A stretch of 64,000 nucleotides of DNA from Bacteroidales bacterium (GTDB lineage Bacteria > Bacteroidota > Bacteroidia > Bacteroidales > WCHB1-69), in contig JAFPVR010000011.1 of assembly GCA_017395245.1 (NCBI GenBank), positions 54,659-118,658 of the forward strand, read 5' to 3'. The notes under the pieces were generated by a model. The model had not been told where the DNA came from, did no database searches, and saw only the letters and a program-made list of their open reading frames with translations. The first letter of the stretch is position 1, and each line of letters opens with the position of its first letter. Shown in pieces: positions 49,170 to 59,334 of the stretch. A program made the translations under genes and the position numbers.

Positions 49170-49945
49170 ACGACAACGAACCGATAATCACTGTTTTAGG
49201 TCCGACGGCCACGGGCAAGACCGGCGTGGCGGTGCGCATCGCGGCCGAATTGGGCGGCGAAATTGTGAGTGCGGACTCCCGACAGGTGTTCCGCCGCATG
49301 GACATCGGTTCGGGAAAGGATTTGTCGGAATATCAATACCATGGGGAGCCTATTCCCTACCACCTCATCGGCGTGGAGGAACCCGGCAAAGAATACAATG
49401 TCTATCGCTACCAGCAGGAGGCTTTCAAGGCCATCCGGGACATCCAGGAGCGCGGCAAACGGGTGGTACTTTGCGGTGGCAGCGGTCTCTACCTTGATGC
49501 CGTGCTACAAGGTTATCGTTTCAAATTCCAGGAGGAGAGCCAGATACTGTCAGATCCCGTACCGTCGGCCATCATCGGCTTGCGTGGCGACCGCGAGCGC
49601 ATCCGTGAGCGCATCACGCGAAGGTTGCAGGCGCGGTTGCAGGAGGGGATGATCGAGGAGGTGCAGGCGCTGTTAGACGAGGGCATCCCGGCCGAGCGAC
49701 TTATCCGCTTCGGTTTAGAGTACAAATACGTGACACTCTATCTCACGGGCGAGCTGCACTACGGCGATATGGTATCGCTGCTCAATACCGCCATCCACCA
49801 GTTCTCCAAACGCCAAATGACCTGGTTCCGCCGCATGGAGCGGTTAGGGTTCTACATCCGTTGGGTGGATGCGGATTTGCCGGAAGAGGAGAAATTCCAG
49901 AAGATTTATCAATATTTACAGGAGGACGGGATTGAAATTGATTAA
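49166..49945 (+). CDS. miaA: tRNA dimethylallyltransferase
   Basis: GPTATGKT P-loop, SADSRQVFR.MDIG. Short (259 aa) form. Confidence 0.8.
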   Translation: MNDNEPIITVLGPTATGKTGVAVRIAAELGGEIVSADSRQVFRRMDIGSGKDLSEYQYHGEPIPYHLIGVEEPGKEYNVYRYQQEAFKAIRDIQERGKRVVLCGGSGLYLDAVLQGYRFKFQEESQILSDPVPSAIIGLRGDRERIRERITRRLQARLQEGMIEEVQALLDEGIPAERLIRFGLEYKYVTLYLTGELHYGDMVSLLNTAIHQFSKRQMTWFRRMERLGFYIRWVDADLPEEEKFQKIYQYLQEDGIEID

Positions 49946-50874
49946 TTCAACGCCTTCTCTCTCAATGAATTGAAACCATAACCCAACGTCTCGGACGCAT
50001 CCAGAATCGTCACGAACGCCTTGTCGTCGATTTCGTGAACGAAATGGATGAGCACCGGCAACTGTTTGCGGGAGATGGAAGTGAAGATAATCTTCTTCTC
50101 GTCGTGGTTGTACATTCCCTCGCCGTTGAGGTAGGTGCCGCCGCGATCCAGCTCGTCGAAAATGCGCTGCCGAATTTCCTCGTATTTTTCGGAAATAATC
50201 AACACCGCCTTGTTGCCGTGGAAGCCCGCGATGACCTTGTCCATCACCACGCCGGTCACGTAAATTACTAACCAAGAATACAACGGCACAGTCCAGTCTT
50301 TGAAGGCGATCAAAGCGATGAGCACAATGGTGGAGTCAACAAAGATAAGGATAGTACCTAACGGGATGTGTTTCAAATACTTGCCGATAATCATGGCTAT
50401 AATGTCGGTACCGCCGGACGTGGCACGGGTCTTGAAAATCAAGCCTAATCCGATGCCGATAATCACCCCGCCGAACAGGGCGACGATAAACGTGGCCGAC
50501 GGGTCGGGGGTCATGGGGTCGCCCGGCATTCCAATCAGCGGCGCATAGCCGTAAACCTTCTCCCACAGCGAGATGAACGCCGGCAATGTAATCACGCCCA
50601 CTAATGTTTTCGCCCCGAACTTGGGTCCGAGCCAAAGCGTGCCGATGAGCAGCAACGGCAAGTCGAGACAGATGCCCGACAAACCGATGGGGAAATTGAA
50701 CACGTGGTGCAGGATGATGGCAATACCGTAAACGCCGCCTGGTGCGAGTTTCAGCGGCGAGATAAACACCACAAAGCCGATGGACATGATAAACGTACCC
50801 AGGATGATGAGGCCGTAGGTGCGGATAAGTTCTTTCGTTTTTTCTTTCGTTAAGGTCATATTGATAGGTTTCAA
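49942..50874 (-). CDS. YitT family membrane protein (DUF2179 C-terminal domain)
   Basis: Five or six TM segments, then ...KAVLIISEKYEEI...GGTYLNGEGMY. Confidence 0.85.
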   Translation of the reverse strand: MKPINMTLTKEKTKELIRTYGLIILGTFIMSIGFVVFISPLKLAPGGVYGIAIILHHVFNFPIGLSGICLDLPLLLIGTLWLGPKFGAKTLVGVITLPAFISLWEKVYGYAPLIGMPGDPMTPDPSATFIVALFGGVIIGIGLGLIFKTRATSGGTDIIAMIIGKYLKHIPLGTILIFVDSTIVLIALIAFKDWTVPLYSWLVIYVTGVVMDKVIAGFHGNKAVLIISEKYEEIRQRIFDELDRGGTYLNGEGMYNHDEKKIIFTSISRKQLPVLIHFVHEIDDKAFVTILDASETLGYGFNSLREKALN

Positions 50875-51000
50875 GTTTCAGGATTCAGGTTTCAAGTAGT
50901 CAAAGTCAAAGTCAAAGTCAAGGTCAATGGTCAATGTCAATGGTCATAGTCAAAGTCATAGTCATAGTCAATGGTCAAGGTCAAAGGTCAACAAGGGTCA
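50868..51000. repeat. Hexa/heptamer tract (GTTTCAR x4, then GTCAAA/GTCATA/GTCAATG about 18 units)
   Basis: Fills the spacer between the dnaG stop (51002) and the yitT-family start (50874). Confidence 0.9.
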
Positions 51001-51001
51001 A

Positions 51002-53023
51002 TCATCGGCTGACGACGCGGTTCAACCGTTGGGAGATAATCCGTTTCAGTTGGTTTATTTTGTTGAGTTGTTGCAGGGCGAGACCTAAATCTTCTTCTGC
51101 CAACTCTTTGTTTTCCAGTACTTTACTGATTATGGCCGCATCATTTTCCAAAATGCGGAGTTTAAAGGTGAGCAGAATGTTCTGCACCTGGTTCTGCAAG
51201 ATGCGGATGTTGTTGCGCGTGGTGTGCGTATGGATGTCGTACTTCTTCTGCCAATGCTCGCTGAAGCGCGGCTCCACAGGGATGTGTCGAATCACAAACT
51301 CGCTGACCTGCGGGTCATCCGAAAGAGTGAAATTGCGGATAATCTGGTCCTGGTTGCCGATGTAAGAGGCCCAACCGGCATACATGTTGAAGATTTTCTC
51401 CAACAGCGGGTAGTGGAAGCGGAGGTCTTCCTTCATCATCTCGTTGCAAACATACTGGTCAACCCGCAGTCCTTCCCGCTGCGCACCGTCATCCTCATAC
51501 ACGAGGTAGTTGCCGTAATTCAGCACTAACAGCACCAACTCTTTTTCCGCCTCGTAAAGCAGGTCTGTCTGCGGGGCGATGTCCTGATGCTTCTGCGTAT
51601 CGATAAGGTCAGGGACATCCGATTGTTGCGGGCCGTCCGGCATCGGAGCACCCGTTTGCCCCTGCCCTTGCTGCTGCGTCTGCTGCTGCACAGTCCGGCT
51701 CTGCTCCTTGGTCTTCTCCCACACGAAGCGGCGCAGGTTGAGGTTGAGGTCGTTTTCCGACAAATCGAACAGTTTGGCGCACTCCTTGATATAGAACGCC
51801 CGCTCGATATTGTCCTTCACACAGCTGATGGATTTCAGAATCTCGTTCACCATGGAGGCCCGCTTGATGGGGTCGTTGCCGGCGTCTTTCGACAGGATGT
51901 CGGCCTTGAAGAGCAGGAAGTCTTTGGATTCGTTCGCCAAATAGTCCTGTAACTCGCTGTCCCGGTGTTTTTTAGCGAAAGAATCGGGGTCTTCTCCATC
52001 GGGGAGGAGGCAGACGCGGATTTTGAGGCCCTGTTCAAGCAGCATGTCAATGCCACGCATGGAGGCCTTGATGCCGGCCATATCGCCGTCGTAGAGCACC
52101 GTGATGTTCTGGGTGCGCTTGGTGATCATGCGGATCTGGCCTTGCGTGAGCGACGTGCCAGAGGAGGCCACCACATTTTCCACGCCCGACTCATGCATGG
52201 AAATCACGTCGGTGTAGCCCTCCACGAGATAGACGTTCTGCTGCTTGTGGATGGCGTTCTTGGCGAAATAGATGCCGTAGAGCGTGTCGCTCTTGTGATA
52301 AATGGTGTTCTCGCGGGAGTTAACGTACTTTCGCGGATCCTTGCCGTCCTTCTTGAGTACGCGGCCGCCGAAGCCGATTACCTTGCCGGCATCGTTGTGA
52401 ATCGGGAAAATCACGCGACCCCGGTAGATGTCATACAGTTTGCCGCTCTGCGCCTTGCCGGTGAGACCCAGTTCGAGAAGGTACTCTTCCTTATAACCCT
52501 TCTCCAACGCCGCTTTTGTGAAACTGTCCCAGTTGTCGGGGCTGTAGCCGAGCCGGAACTTGTCGATGGTGGCATCCGCAAAACCGCGTTCCTTGAGGTA
52601 GGTCATGCCCATGAGACGGCCCTCGTCGGTATTGCGGAGCTGGTCCATAAAAAACTTCTCCGCAAACTCGTTGACAATCAGCAAGCTTTCACGCAAACTG
52701 CGCTGCTGTCGTTCCTCATCGCTCTCGGTGCGCTCATATTCGAGGGGAATGCCGTACTTCTTGGCAAGGTACTCAATAGCCTCGGGGTAGGACATCTTCT
52801 CATGCTCCATCAGGAACTTGACGGGGTTGCCGGCGGCGTCGCAAACGAAGCACTTGTAGATACCGAGGCGCGGGCTGACGTGCAGCGAAGGGTTCTTGTC
52901 GTCGTGGAAGGGACAAATGCCCACAAAATCCTGGCCCTGCTTGCGCAAGGAGACAAAGTCGCCGACCACATCTTCAATGCGCACGGCGGCCATCACGCTG
53001 TCTATGGACTTCTGCTTAATCAC
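51002..53023 (-). CDS. dnaG: DNA primase
   Basis: Zinc finger CPFHDDKNPSLHVS...YKCFVCDAAG and TOPRIM LVEGYTDVIS / DGDMAG. GTG 53023 (V/MIKQKSIDSVMAAVRIEDVVGDF) preferred; ATG 52993 is the alternative. The upstream part of the track ORF is non-coding. Confidence 0.9.
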   Translation of the reverse strand: MIKQKSIDSVMAAVRIEDVVGDFVSLRKQGQDFVGICPFHDDKNPSLHVSPRLGIYKCFVCDAAGNPVKFLMEHEKMSYPEAIEYLAKKYGIPLEYERTESDEERQQRSLRESLLIVNEFAEKFFMDQLRNTDEGRLMGMTYLKERGFADATIDKFRLGYSPDNWDSFTKAALEKGYKEEYLLELGLTGKAQSGKLYDIYRGRVIFPIHNDAGKVIGFGGRVLKKDGKDPRKYVNSRENTIYHKSDTLYGIYFAKNAIHKQQNVYLVEGYTDVISMHESGVENVVASSGTSLTQGQIRMITKRTQNITVLYDGDMAGIKASMRGIDMLLEQGLKIRVCLLPDGEDPDSFAKKHRDSELQDYLANESKDFLLFKADILSKDAGNDPIKRASMVNEILKSISCVKDNIERAFYIKECAKLFDLSENDLNLNLRRFVWEKTKEQSRTVQQQTQQQGQGQTGAPMPDGPQQSDVPDLIDTQKHQDIAPQTDLLYEAEKELVLLVLNYGNYLVYEDDGAQREGLRVDQYVCNEMMKEDLRFHYPLLEKIFNMYAGWASYIGNQDQIIRNFTLSDDPQVSEFVIRHIPVEPRFSEHWQKKYDIHTHTTRNNIRILQNQVQNILLTFKLRILENDAAIISKVLENKELAEEDLGLALQQLNKINQLKRIISQRLNRVVSR

Positions 53024-53028
53024 GGCGG

Positions 53029-53036
53029 CAAAAGTA
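53029..53036 (-). promoter_or_regulatory. -7 box TACTTTTG on minus strand (dnaG)
   Basis: Plus strand CAAAAGTA, immediately upstream of the GTG 53023 candidate start. Confidence 0.5.
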
Positions 53037-53061
53037 CGAATTTTTAAGGAACGGCAGAGCC

Positions 53062-53253
53062 GTGAAAGAGGGAAAGGATTTCGACGAAAAGACCTTCGGA
53101 GAGGAGCTTTCCAAGTTCGAGCACAAGTGGACGGAGAGCCACACGAAGTACCCAATAGAACCGCAGCCTGTAGAACGGAAAATAATCGGGCTGCATCCCA
53201 ACCATCCCACCTATAAAGCTGCATGGGCGATTTTCGAGCGGTGGATGAAGTAA
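53062..53253 (+). CDS. Possible small protein (63 aa), unknown function
   Basis: GTG-start ORF divergent from dnaG with a protein-like, non-repetitive sequence (…FEHKWTESHTKYPIEPQP…). No motif recognised. Confidence 0.3.
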   Translation: MKEGKDFDEKTFGEELSKFEHKWTESHTKYPIEPQPVERKIIGLHPNHPTYKAAWAIFERWMK

Positions 53254-53324
53254 CGTGACGTGCTCAGAATTGTTTTACGCCTATGAACATATTAGGAACA
53301 GCCAATCAACATATTTGGAATGGC

Positions 53325-54398
53325 TCATGAACATATAGTGCATTTCTGATGTGTCGAACACACTTCATTAAATTGAAGCACACGGCTGACCCCTTCTTTA
53401 AGGAAAATCTGAGGCTTCCAGCCCAATTGCGCAATGGCAGTCGTATCCAAGGCGGTGCGACGATAGGCACAATACCCTTTCTGCCCGCCTTCCGACACCA
53501 CAACCTGAATTTTCCGATCTTCTCTCAACGCTGCCAACTGCCGCGCCAAATCCTTGATACTGACCGGTTCTGTCTCATTGGCCAAATTATAGGCCTTGGC
53601 CGTTTCCCCATGAAAGAGAACGGCAAACATGCCCACGACAGCATCCGTCACATACAGGAATGCGCGGACAGCCTCGCCACTGCTTTTCAACACAATATCC
53701 CGGCCGGCCACCACATCGCCCACCAAGTCGGCCATCACCCGCCCGTCGTTCTCCAATCTCATCGTCGGGCCATACGAATGAGCAATACGGACAATGTTAT
53801 AAGGAATGCCATATTGCAGAAAGTAGCTCCTCAGCAAGGTCTCCGCAGCCCGTTTGCTCTCGGGATAGCACGATCGGTCATCCTGCGGGTCGAATGTGCC
53901 GTATGCCTGCTCATCCAACAGATCCGCCTCCTCGTTCTTGCCATAGACCTCGCGTGTGGAGGCAAAGATGACTTTCGCGACTCCCGAAACACGTGCCCAA
54001 TCCAGCACATTCATCGTTCCCACCAGATTGCACCTCATGATGCCCACAGGGTCAGAATTGATGAAATACGGGCTGGCATTACCGGCCAGATGGAACACGT
54101 AGTCCACCTTCCCCTCGTATGCGATGGGCTCGCAGACATCCTGAATCAACAGATGGAAATACGGCTCGCCTATATACGAGCCGAAGAACTGCACTGCCTT
54201 CTGGCGATTTCGGCAAAGCGCCACCACCGAGACATGGATGCCTTCCCGCTCATGCAGATGGATCAACAGCCAAGTGACATACGAGGCCAACATGCCTGTC
54301 GCCCCGGTGACGAGGACGGTCTTCCCGTCAAGCTCACCCCACGGCAACTCCGCCTCGCACATTTCCCGCAGATCCTCTATGACAACCTCTCTTTTCAT
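53325..54398 (-). CDS. NAD(P)-dependent SDR epimerase/dehydratase-fold enzyme (candidate ribulose-5-P reductase partner of the cytidylyltransferase)
   Basis: VLVTGATGMLASY Rossmann motif and YPESK (YxxxK). ATG 54398 (MKREVV) preferred over track GTG 54404. Confidence 0.75.
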   Translation of the reverse strand: MKREVVIEDLREMCEAELPWGELDGKTVLVTGATGMLASYVTWLLIHLHEREGIHVSVVALCRNRQKAVQFFGSYIGEPYFHLLIQDVCEPIAYEGKVDYVFHLAGNASPYFINSDPVGIMRCNLVGTMNVLDWARVSGVAKVIFASTREVYGKNEEADLLDEQAYGTFDPQDDRSCYPESKRAAETLLRSYFLQYGIPYNIVRIAHSYGPTMRLENDGRVMADLVGDVVAGRDIVLKSSGEAVRAFLYVTDAVVGMFAVLFHGETAKAYNLANETEPVSIKDLARQLAALREDRKIQVVVSEGGQKGYCAYRRTALDTTAIAQLGWKPQIFLKEGVSRVLQFNEVCSTHQKCTICS

Positions 54399-54399
54399 A

Positions 54400-54553
54400 A
54401 TCACAATTCACTCTTCACAAATCACTCTTCACAAATCACTCTTCACAAATCACTCTTCACAAATCACTCTTCACAAATCACAATTCACAAATCACTCTTC
54501 ACAAATCACAATTCACAATTCACAAATCACAATTCACAAATCACAATTCACCT
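54400..54553. repeat. Heptamer tract, 22 units (ATCACTC/TTCACAA/ATCACAA)
   Basis: Occupies essentially the entire spacer between the cytidylyltransferase stop (54555) and the SDR gene start (54398). Confidence 0.95.
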
Positions 54554-54554
54554 C

Positions 54555-55271
54555 TCAAAACCCAAACACCGCACTTTCTTCTCTCGCCTCTATAATGGCT
54601 TTGAACATAAAGTAGTCAGCAGGCGTCGTGATCTTGATATTCTCAGCCGTTCCTCTGATGGTGTGCAGTTCGTAACCATAATGTTTCATCATGGAGCAGG
54701 TATCCACGAAATCATGCCTTCCCTCCGCCAACGCTTTTTGATGGGCCGCCAGCACATCTTTCAGCACAAAACATTGTGGGGCTCTGACCATCAGGACGGA
54801 ATCGCGGTCGGGCACCTCCAGCGAGCCGTCCGTTTCCTTGATGACGATGGTCTCCATCGCAGGCACACAAACGATGCTGTTCCCTTCCTTCTTGGCGACT
54901 TCTATGGATTCAACAATCGTTTTCTCCATCGCCAAGGGGCGCACACCGTCGTGTATCAGCACCAAAGAATCCTCCGGGAAATGTTTTTTGGCGCATACCA
55001 GCCCATTATAGATGGAATCCTGCCCTTTTGCGCCACCGGGTACGATATCCGCCACTTTCGTCAACGCATATTTCTCCACCTGGCCACGCAGATAAGGAAT
55101 CCAGTCTTCCAGACAGACCACCACGATGGCGTCAACTGTCTGGATATGTTGAAACACCTCGATGGTATAGACCACGATAGGTTTCCCCCGGAACTCCAGA
55201 AACTGCTTGGGGCGACTATGGTAATAGAGTCTGTTCCCTTGTCCTCCTGCAAATATTACGGCTATATTCAT
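54555..55271 (-). CDS. IspD/TarI-family cytidylyltransferase (CDP-ribitol/CDP-alcohol synthase-like)
   Basis: IFAGGQGNRL...PKQFL, VLIHDGVRP. 238 aa. Confidence 0.8.
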   Translation of the reverse strand: MNIAVIFAGGQGNRLYYHSRPKQFLEFRGKPIVVYTIEVFQHIQTVDAIVVVCLEDWIPYLRGQVEKYALTKVADIVPGGAKGQDSIYNGLVCAKKHFPEDSLVLIHDGVRPLAMEKTIVESIEVAKKEGNSIVCVPAMETIVIKETDGSLEVPDRDSVLMVRAPQCFVLKDVLAAHQKALAEGRHDFVDTCSMMKHYGYELHTIRGTAENIKITTPADYFMFKAIIEAREESAVFGF

Positions 55272-56521
55272 ATTTTTTTAGGTTTTTGTATCGGATAATC
55301 ATTGGGCCATTCCACTGTCTTGCCATTCAGGAAATCCGCCATCTTCTGTGCGATGTCCTTGGCAGCATGGCCCGTCTCGTTCAGTCCCATTCTCACGGCA
55401 AAGGCATCCCACTTCTTCAGATATTCCTCCATGTCGAAAGCCTTCACGTTCTGCTCCATCTCATCATTGTTCTTGGCGTAGGGGAAGGGGAGTTCTTCCA
55501 TTTCGTAATAGACGCCACGTTCCTCATACTTATACGCCTCGAAGTCGGTGGCGTATGTAAAGCAGGGTATCCGCCTGAGTGCAGCATCGAAGATACAACT
55601 CGAATAGTCGCTTATCATTACGTCTGTCGCCATCAGTAGCCGTTGCATATCCTGATAGTCCGTCACGTCCATCGCCTCCGGATGCCCTTCCTGGTAGCCC
55701 TTGGCATATAGCCCCTCCTTGGGGTGGAATCTGATGAGCATCGTCCACTCACCACCAAACTTCTCAGTCAGTGCCTTTCCCAAACGCTTCATGTCCAAAT
55801 CATAAACTGTCATGTCAATATGGTGTTCCTCAGAAAAGCGAAGCCGCCAGGTGGGTGCATAAAGCAACACTTTATGATCCTGGGGAATGCCAAGGTCGTT
55901 ACGAGCCTTCACGCCGTCCTCAGGGTTGTTCTGCACCAGCATGTCGTTCTTGGGATAGCCACATTTCCAGATAGGGCCATGGAATTTGAAAGCCCTGCGA
56001 TAGATAGCAGACAGATGGTCGGAATTTGAGACAAACACATCTGCCATGTCCGAGTGATTCTTGAACATTCTGATATTTTTCCTGTCGGCAGCATAATCTC
56101 CGATGATATCCCCGGCAACTTTCTTGACACCCAGCCCGCCATGCCAGGTTTCCACATACAGCTGGCCTTTGCGCTTTACGAAATAGTCGGGTACTATAAC
56201 ATTACTATTCCATATCTTGGCCGTGACATACTCATACACACATCGCCAACTTTGCCATTTTACAGGCCTTGTCCATTCTGGCAGTTCATATTCAAATTTG
56301 GGATTCTTCACCCAAACGATATCCAAATCAGGAATGAGCTTATGAAGCTCCTCCATGATATACTTCTGGTTGTCGTCATAGCGGCTGCCTTTAAACACTG
56401 AAACCAGAACTTTATTCTTCTTTATCGGGAATGTGCGCAACAGGTAGAACAAGGCAACAATTATAGCCCCTCCTATTGGCCTGAGCACAGGCCTTGTTAT
56501 TTTCCATATCTTCTGTTTCAT
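55268..56521 (-). CDS. CDP-alcohol (glycerol/ribitol) phosphotransferase, TagB/TagF/TarL family
   Basis: ETWHGG.G.KK, LYAPTWR and SDYSS..FD motifs of CDP-glycerol glycerophosphotransferases. Confidence 0.85.
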   Translation of the reverse strand: MKQKIWKITRPVLRPIGGAIIVALFYLLRTFPIKKNKVLVSVFKGSRYDDNQKYIMEELHKLIPDLDIVWVKNPKFEYELPEWTRPVKWQSWRCVYEYVTAKIWNSNVIVPDYFVKRKGQLYVETWHGGLGVKKVAGDIIGDYAADRKNIRMFKNHSDMADVFVSNSDHLSAIYRRAFKFHGPIWKCGYPKNDMLVQNNPEDGVKARNDLGIPQDHKVLLYAPTWRLRFSEEHHIDMTVYDLDMKRLGKALTEKFGGEWTMLIRFHPKEGLYAKGYQEGHPEAMDVTDYQDMQRLLMATDVMISDYSSCIFDAALRRIPCFTYATDFEAYKYEERGVYYEMEELPFPYAKNNDEMEQNVKAFDMEEYLKKWDAFAVRMGLNETGHAAKDIAQKMADFLNGKTVEWPNDYPIQKPKKI

Positions 56522-56532
56522 CTTAATTTACC

Positions 56533-57486
56533 TTAATCAATTGGATTAATTTCTATAAAATTATTCTTATCAGTAGGACGTATTTTCATCCACCGTAAAA
56601 CATCACCTACAGCAGTTCTTATCTTTGTATAAATGGACCTGTTATCTACCTTTATTCCCCTCCATTTCGATAAATTTTGGTATTTATAAAAAGAACTACT
56701 ATAAGGATTATGGTACTTGATATACTTCGTCCAGGGTTTTCCTCCTGTGTAATGGATAATCACAGGATTCTTACGAGCCTCCAACACTTGCTGCTCATAC
56801 TTCCAATAATCGTACAGCGGCTCTTTCCAGAGATGCCCATGCTGAAAATTAAATTTAATGGGAAGCATGATTTTCTGCTCATGGAACACATCATTCAGCA
56901 CATCTTGATCATGGTAAACAAGTTGCGCGTGGTGTTTTTGTATGCAGTCCAGAAATCGCTCCAAAGCATGATGTTCTCGCCAGTATTTCAAATTAATAAG
57001 CAACATGCCAGAATTAAAATACCCCCACGATGGCGAGTATTTCAATCGGTTATATCTGTCAATAACTCCCTCTCGCATATCAGGAACGGCAGCCAGGGCA
57101 TAGCCCGAAACATCCGTATTCCATAATTCCGTCAAAGAGTGTCTGACGATGATGTCTCCGTCAAAATATAACACCTTGTCCACTTTTTCTGGAAGTAATG
57201 CTGACAGAAACAGTCGATAATACGCAGCTCTTGGGATCCTTATGTCTATATTGGGGAACTGATTATCTATAATATTGAGTGGAATTGGATAGAATGTGAT
57301 GGCTTTGCCCTTATAGGAAGCAAGCAACTCCTTCAGGTCATTGCATTGACTGGTTGAGACGTCCGTATCTGTTACAAGATGAAAATGTATATCCACCTCC
57401 GGGTTGTTCTCGCAGACGGAGATCATCATGACGCCAGTGGGCATCACATTTCTTTTATCGGTACAAGCAACTATATCCATAGCCAA
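56533..57486 (-). CDS. Glycosyltransferase family 8
   Basis: YYRLFL...KVLYFDGDIIV (DxD) and HYTG..KPW motifs. Confidence 0.8.
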   Translation of the reverse strand: MAMDIVACTDKRNVMPTGVMMISVCENNPEVDIHFHLVTDTDVSTSQCNDLKELLASYKGKAITFYPIPLNIIDNQFPNIDIRIPRAAYYRLFLSALLPEKVDKVLYFDGDIIVRHSLTELWNTDVSGYALAAVPDMREGVIDRYNRLKYSPSWGYFNSGMLLINLKYWREHHALERFLDCIQKHHAQLVYHDQDVLNDVFHEQKIMLPIKFNFQHGHLWKEPLYDYWKYEQQVLEARKNPVIIHYTGGKPWTKYIKYHNPYSSSFYKYQNLSKWRGIKVDNRSIYTKIRTAVGDVLRWMKIRPTDKNNFIEINPID

Positions 57487-58397
57487 AAAGCGTATATGTA
57501 TAACATGACTTGATATAGCATAGAATGGCCTTTACAAAGGTCGTTAATTGCTTTCAATTTTGACGGATATATCTCGTCGAGCTTAAAAAAGTAATATTTA
57601 AACAACCTGCGGTCCTGTTTTAACATCCTCCATAGATAAGGCTTTAGCTTGCGTTCTCTGTCAAATTTATTTTGCATCAAAAATCTGTCCGCACGAAAAA
57701 CCACTTTTGCCCTTATCTCTAACTCTCCTGGTTTAGAACAAAAATCAGAAGCTAAAGAGTTGGGACGGAGAGTGCAAACATAGAGGACTGTATTGACTAC
57801 TTTAATGCTTTTAGCATGATAACCTGATTGCAGAGAAAATAATATATCATTAGCATACATTACTTCGTCAAATCTGATATTGAATTTGTTTATCAAATCT
57901 CTTTTAATCAATTTGCTCCATGGAATATCCAACTTAACTCTAATAGGCCAGTCGTCTCCATCTAAAAAATATTGATCAATTACCCTATTTAGATTAATAT
58001 CTCTAACATCTTCTATATTAACATTATCAGAGAGAACTGACTTCATTTTGAAGAATATGATATCTGCTTCAGAATCGTTATAAGAAAGAATCATATCGTA
58101 CATACCTTCAACAAAAAAGTCATCTGCATCAGCAAACAGCAGCCATTTTCCTTTGGCATGATCTAGTCCGATATTCCGAGCATAACCTGCCCCTCCATTT
58201 TTTTGAGCACGAATAAACTCTAAGTATGGCCGAGATAGTTCTGGATACTTTTCCAAATAGGTATCTGCATCAGGGCTGTTATCATCCACCACAATGACCT
58301 GAATATCCTTAGATACAGGTATCGACTTCAGACATCGCATCAGCAAGTCTGGAATATCGAAATGAGGTATTATGATACTAAATAACGGCTTATCCAT
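57471..58397 (-). CDS. Glycosyltransferase family 2 (paralogue A)
   Basis: FSIIIPHFDIPDLLMRCLKSIP...VIVVDDNSPD...GAGYARNIGL...FADADDFF. Confidence 0.85.
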   Translation of the reverse strand: MDKPLFSIIIPHFDIPDLLMRCLKSIPVSKDIQVIVVDDNSPDADTYLEKYPELSRPYLEFIRAQKNGGAGYARNIGLDHAKGKWLLFADADDFFVEGMYDMILSYNDSEADIIFFKMKSVLSDNVNIEDVRDINLNRVIDQYFLDGDDWPIRVKLDIPWSKLIKRDLINKFNIRFDEVMYANDILFSLQSGYHAKSIKVVNTVLYVCTLRPNSLASDFCSKPGELEIRAKVVFRADRFLMQNKFDRERKLKPYLWRMLKQDRRLFKYYFFKLDEIYPSKLKAINDLCKGHSMLYQVMLYIYAFWLWI

Positions 58398-59320
58398 ATT
58401 AGAAACGAATACAAGTACAATTTGATTTTAAATCTGCGAGAGCAACCTTTACTGATGTCTTTCAGCGCAGCTATCTTAGATGGATAGATCCCGTCTAATC
58501 TTGTGAAGTAGTATTTATATAAATTCCTGTCTTGACTTAACATCCTTTTTAAATATATTGCAGTTTGTCCGATTTGGCACATATTGTGTTGAAATAGAAA
58601 AGAATCATATCTGAATGCCGCTCCTGCTCTAATTTTTAATTCATCAGTTTTTGTACAAAACCCCGAATGTAGTGAACCTTCACGAGATGTCACGACATAT
58701 AGGACAGTATCAATGGCTTCGATCTTATTTGCAAAACAACCTACATGTACGGAAAAAAGAATGTCATTAGAATACTTGATTTCTTCAAAACGAATACGAT
58801 GATTCTCTATCAGGCTTTTCTTAATCATTTTACCCCATGGAACATGATGTCTGGTTCTTACAGGCAGTTCATCACCCGTTTTGAGATAAATATCCATAAT
58901 TCTGTCAAGATAGCCACTTCTGGTTGATTTACGGTTTATATCATCAGAATAAACTGCCTGCTTTCGGAAATAGATAACATCGGCGTCAGATTCTACATGC
59001 GTATTAATAATATCATACATATTGCCCACAAAGAAGTCATCTGCATCTGCAAACAACAGCCATTTCCCTTTTGCATGATCTAATCCGATATTTCGGGCAT
59101 ATCCAGCCCCTCCATTCTTAGAAGCACGAATAAACTCTAAGTATGGACGAGACAGCTCTGGATATCTTTCCAAATATGTATCTGCATCAGGGCTATTATC
59201 ATCCACTACAATCACCTGAATATCTTCAGATACTGGGATTGACCTCAGGCACCGCATCAGCAGATTTGGTATGTCTTTATGAGGTATGATGATACTAAAC
59301 GTTGGACTCACCAATGTCAT
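58370..59320 (-). CDS. Glycosyltransferase family 2 (paralogue B)
   Basis: Same motifs as A. Start at MTLVSPTFSIIIPH preferred by analogy with the paralogues; the track start 59353 would overlap paralogue C. Confidence 0.8.
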   Translation of the reverse strand: MTLVSPTFSIIIPHKDIPNLLMRCLRSIPVSEDIQVIVVDDNSPDADTYLERYPELSRPYLEFIRASKNGGAGYARNIGLDHAKGKWLLFADADDFFVGNMYDIINTHVESDADVIYFRKQAVYSDDINRKSTRSGYLDRIMDIYLKTGDELPVRTRHHVPWGKMIKKSLIENHRIRFEEIKYSNDILFSVHVGCFANKIEAIDTVLYVVTSREGSLHSGFCTKTDELKIRAGAAFRYDSFLFQHNMCQIGQTAIYLKRMLSQDRNLYKYYFTRLDGIYPSKIAALKDISKGCSRRFKIKLYLYSFLIWISRYLVS

Positions 59321-59334
59321 ATTAGCCGTAATAC

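Noticed and set aside
53284-53332. Repeated ATGAACATAT motif (two copies plus CAACATATT) downstream of the SDR gene, as a possible regulatory site.
   Set aside because: There are only two short copies. One overlaps the stop codon, and there is no palindromic or phased structure, so the evidence is insufficient.
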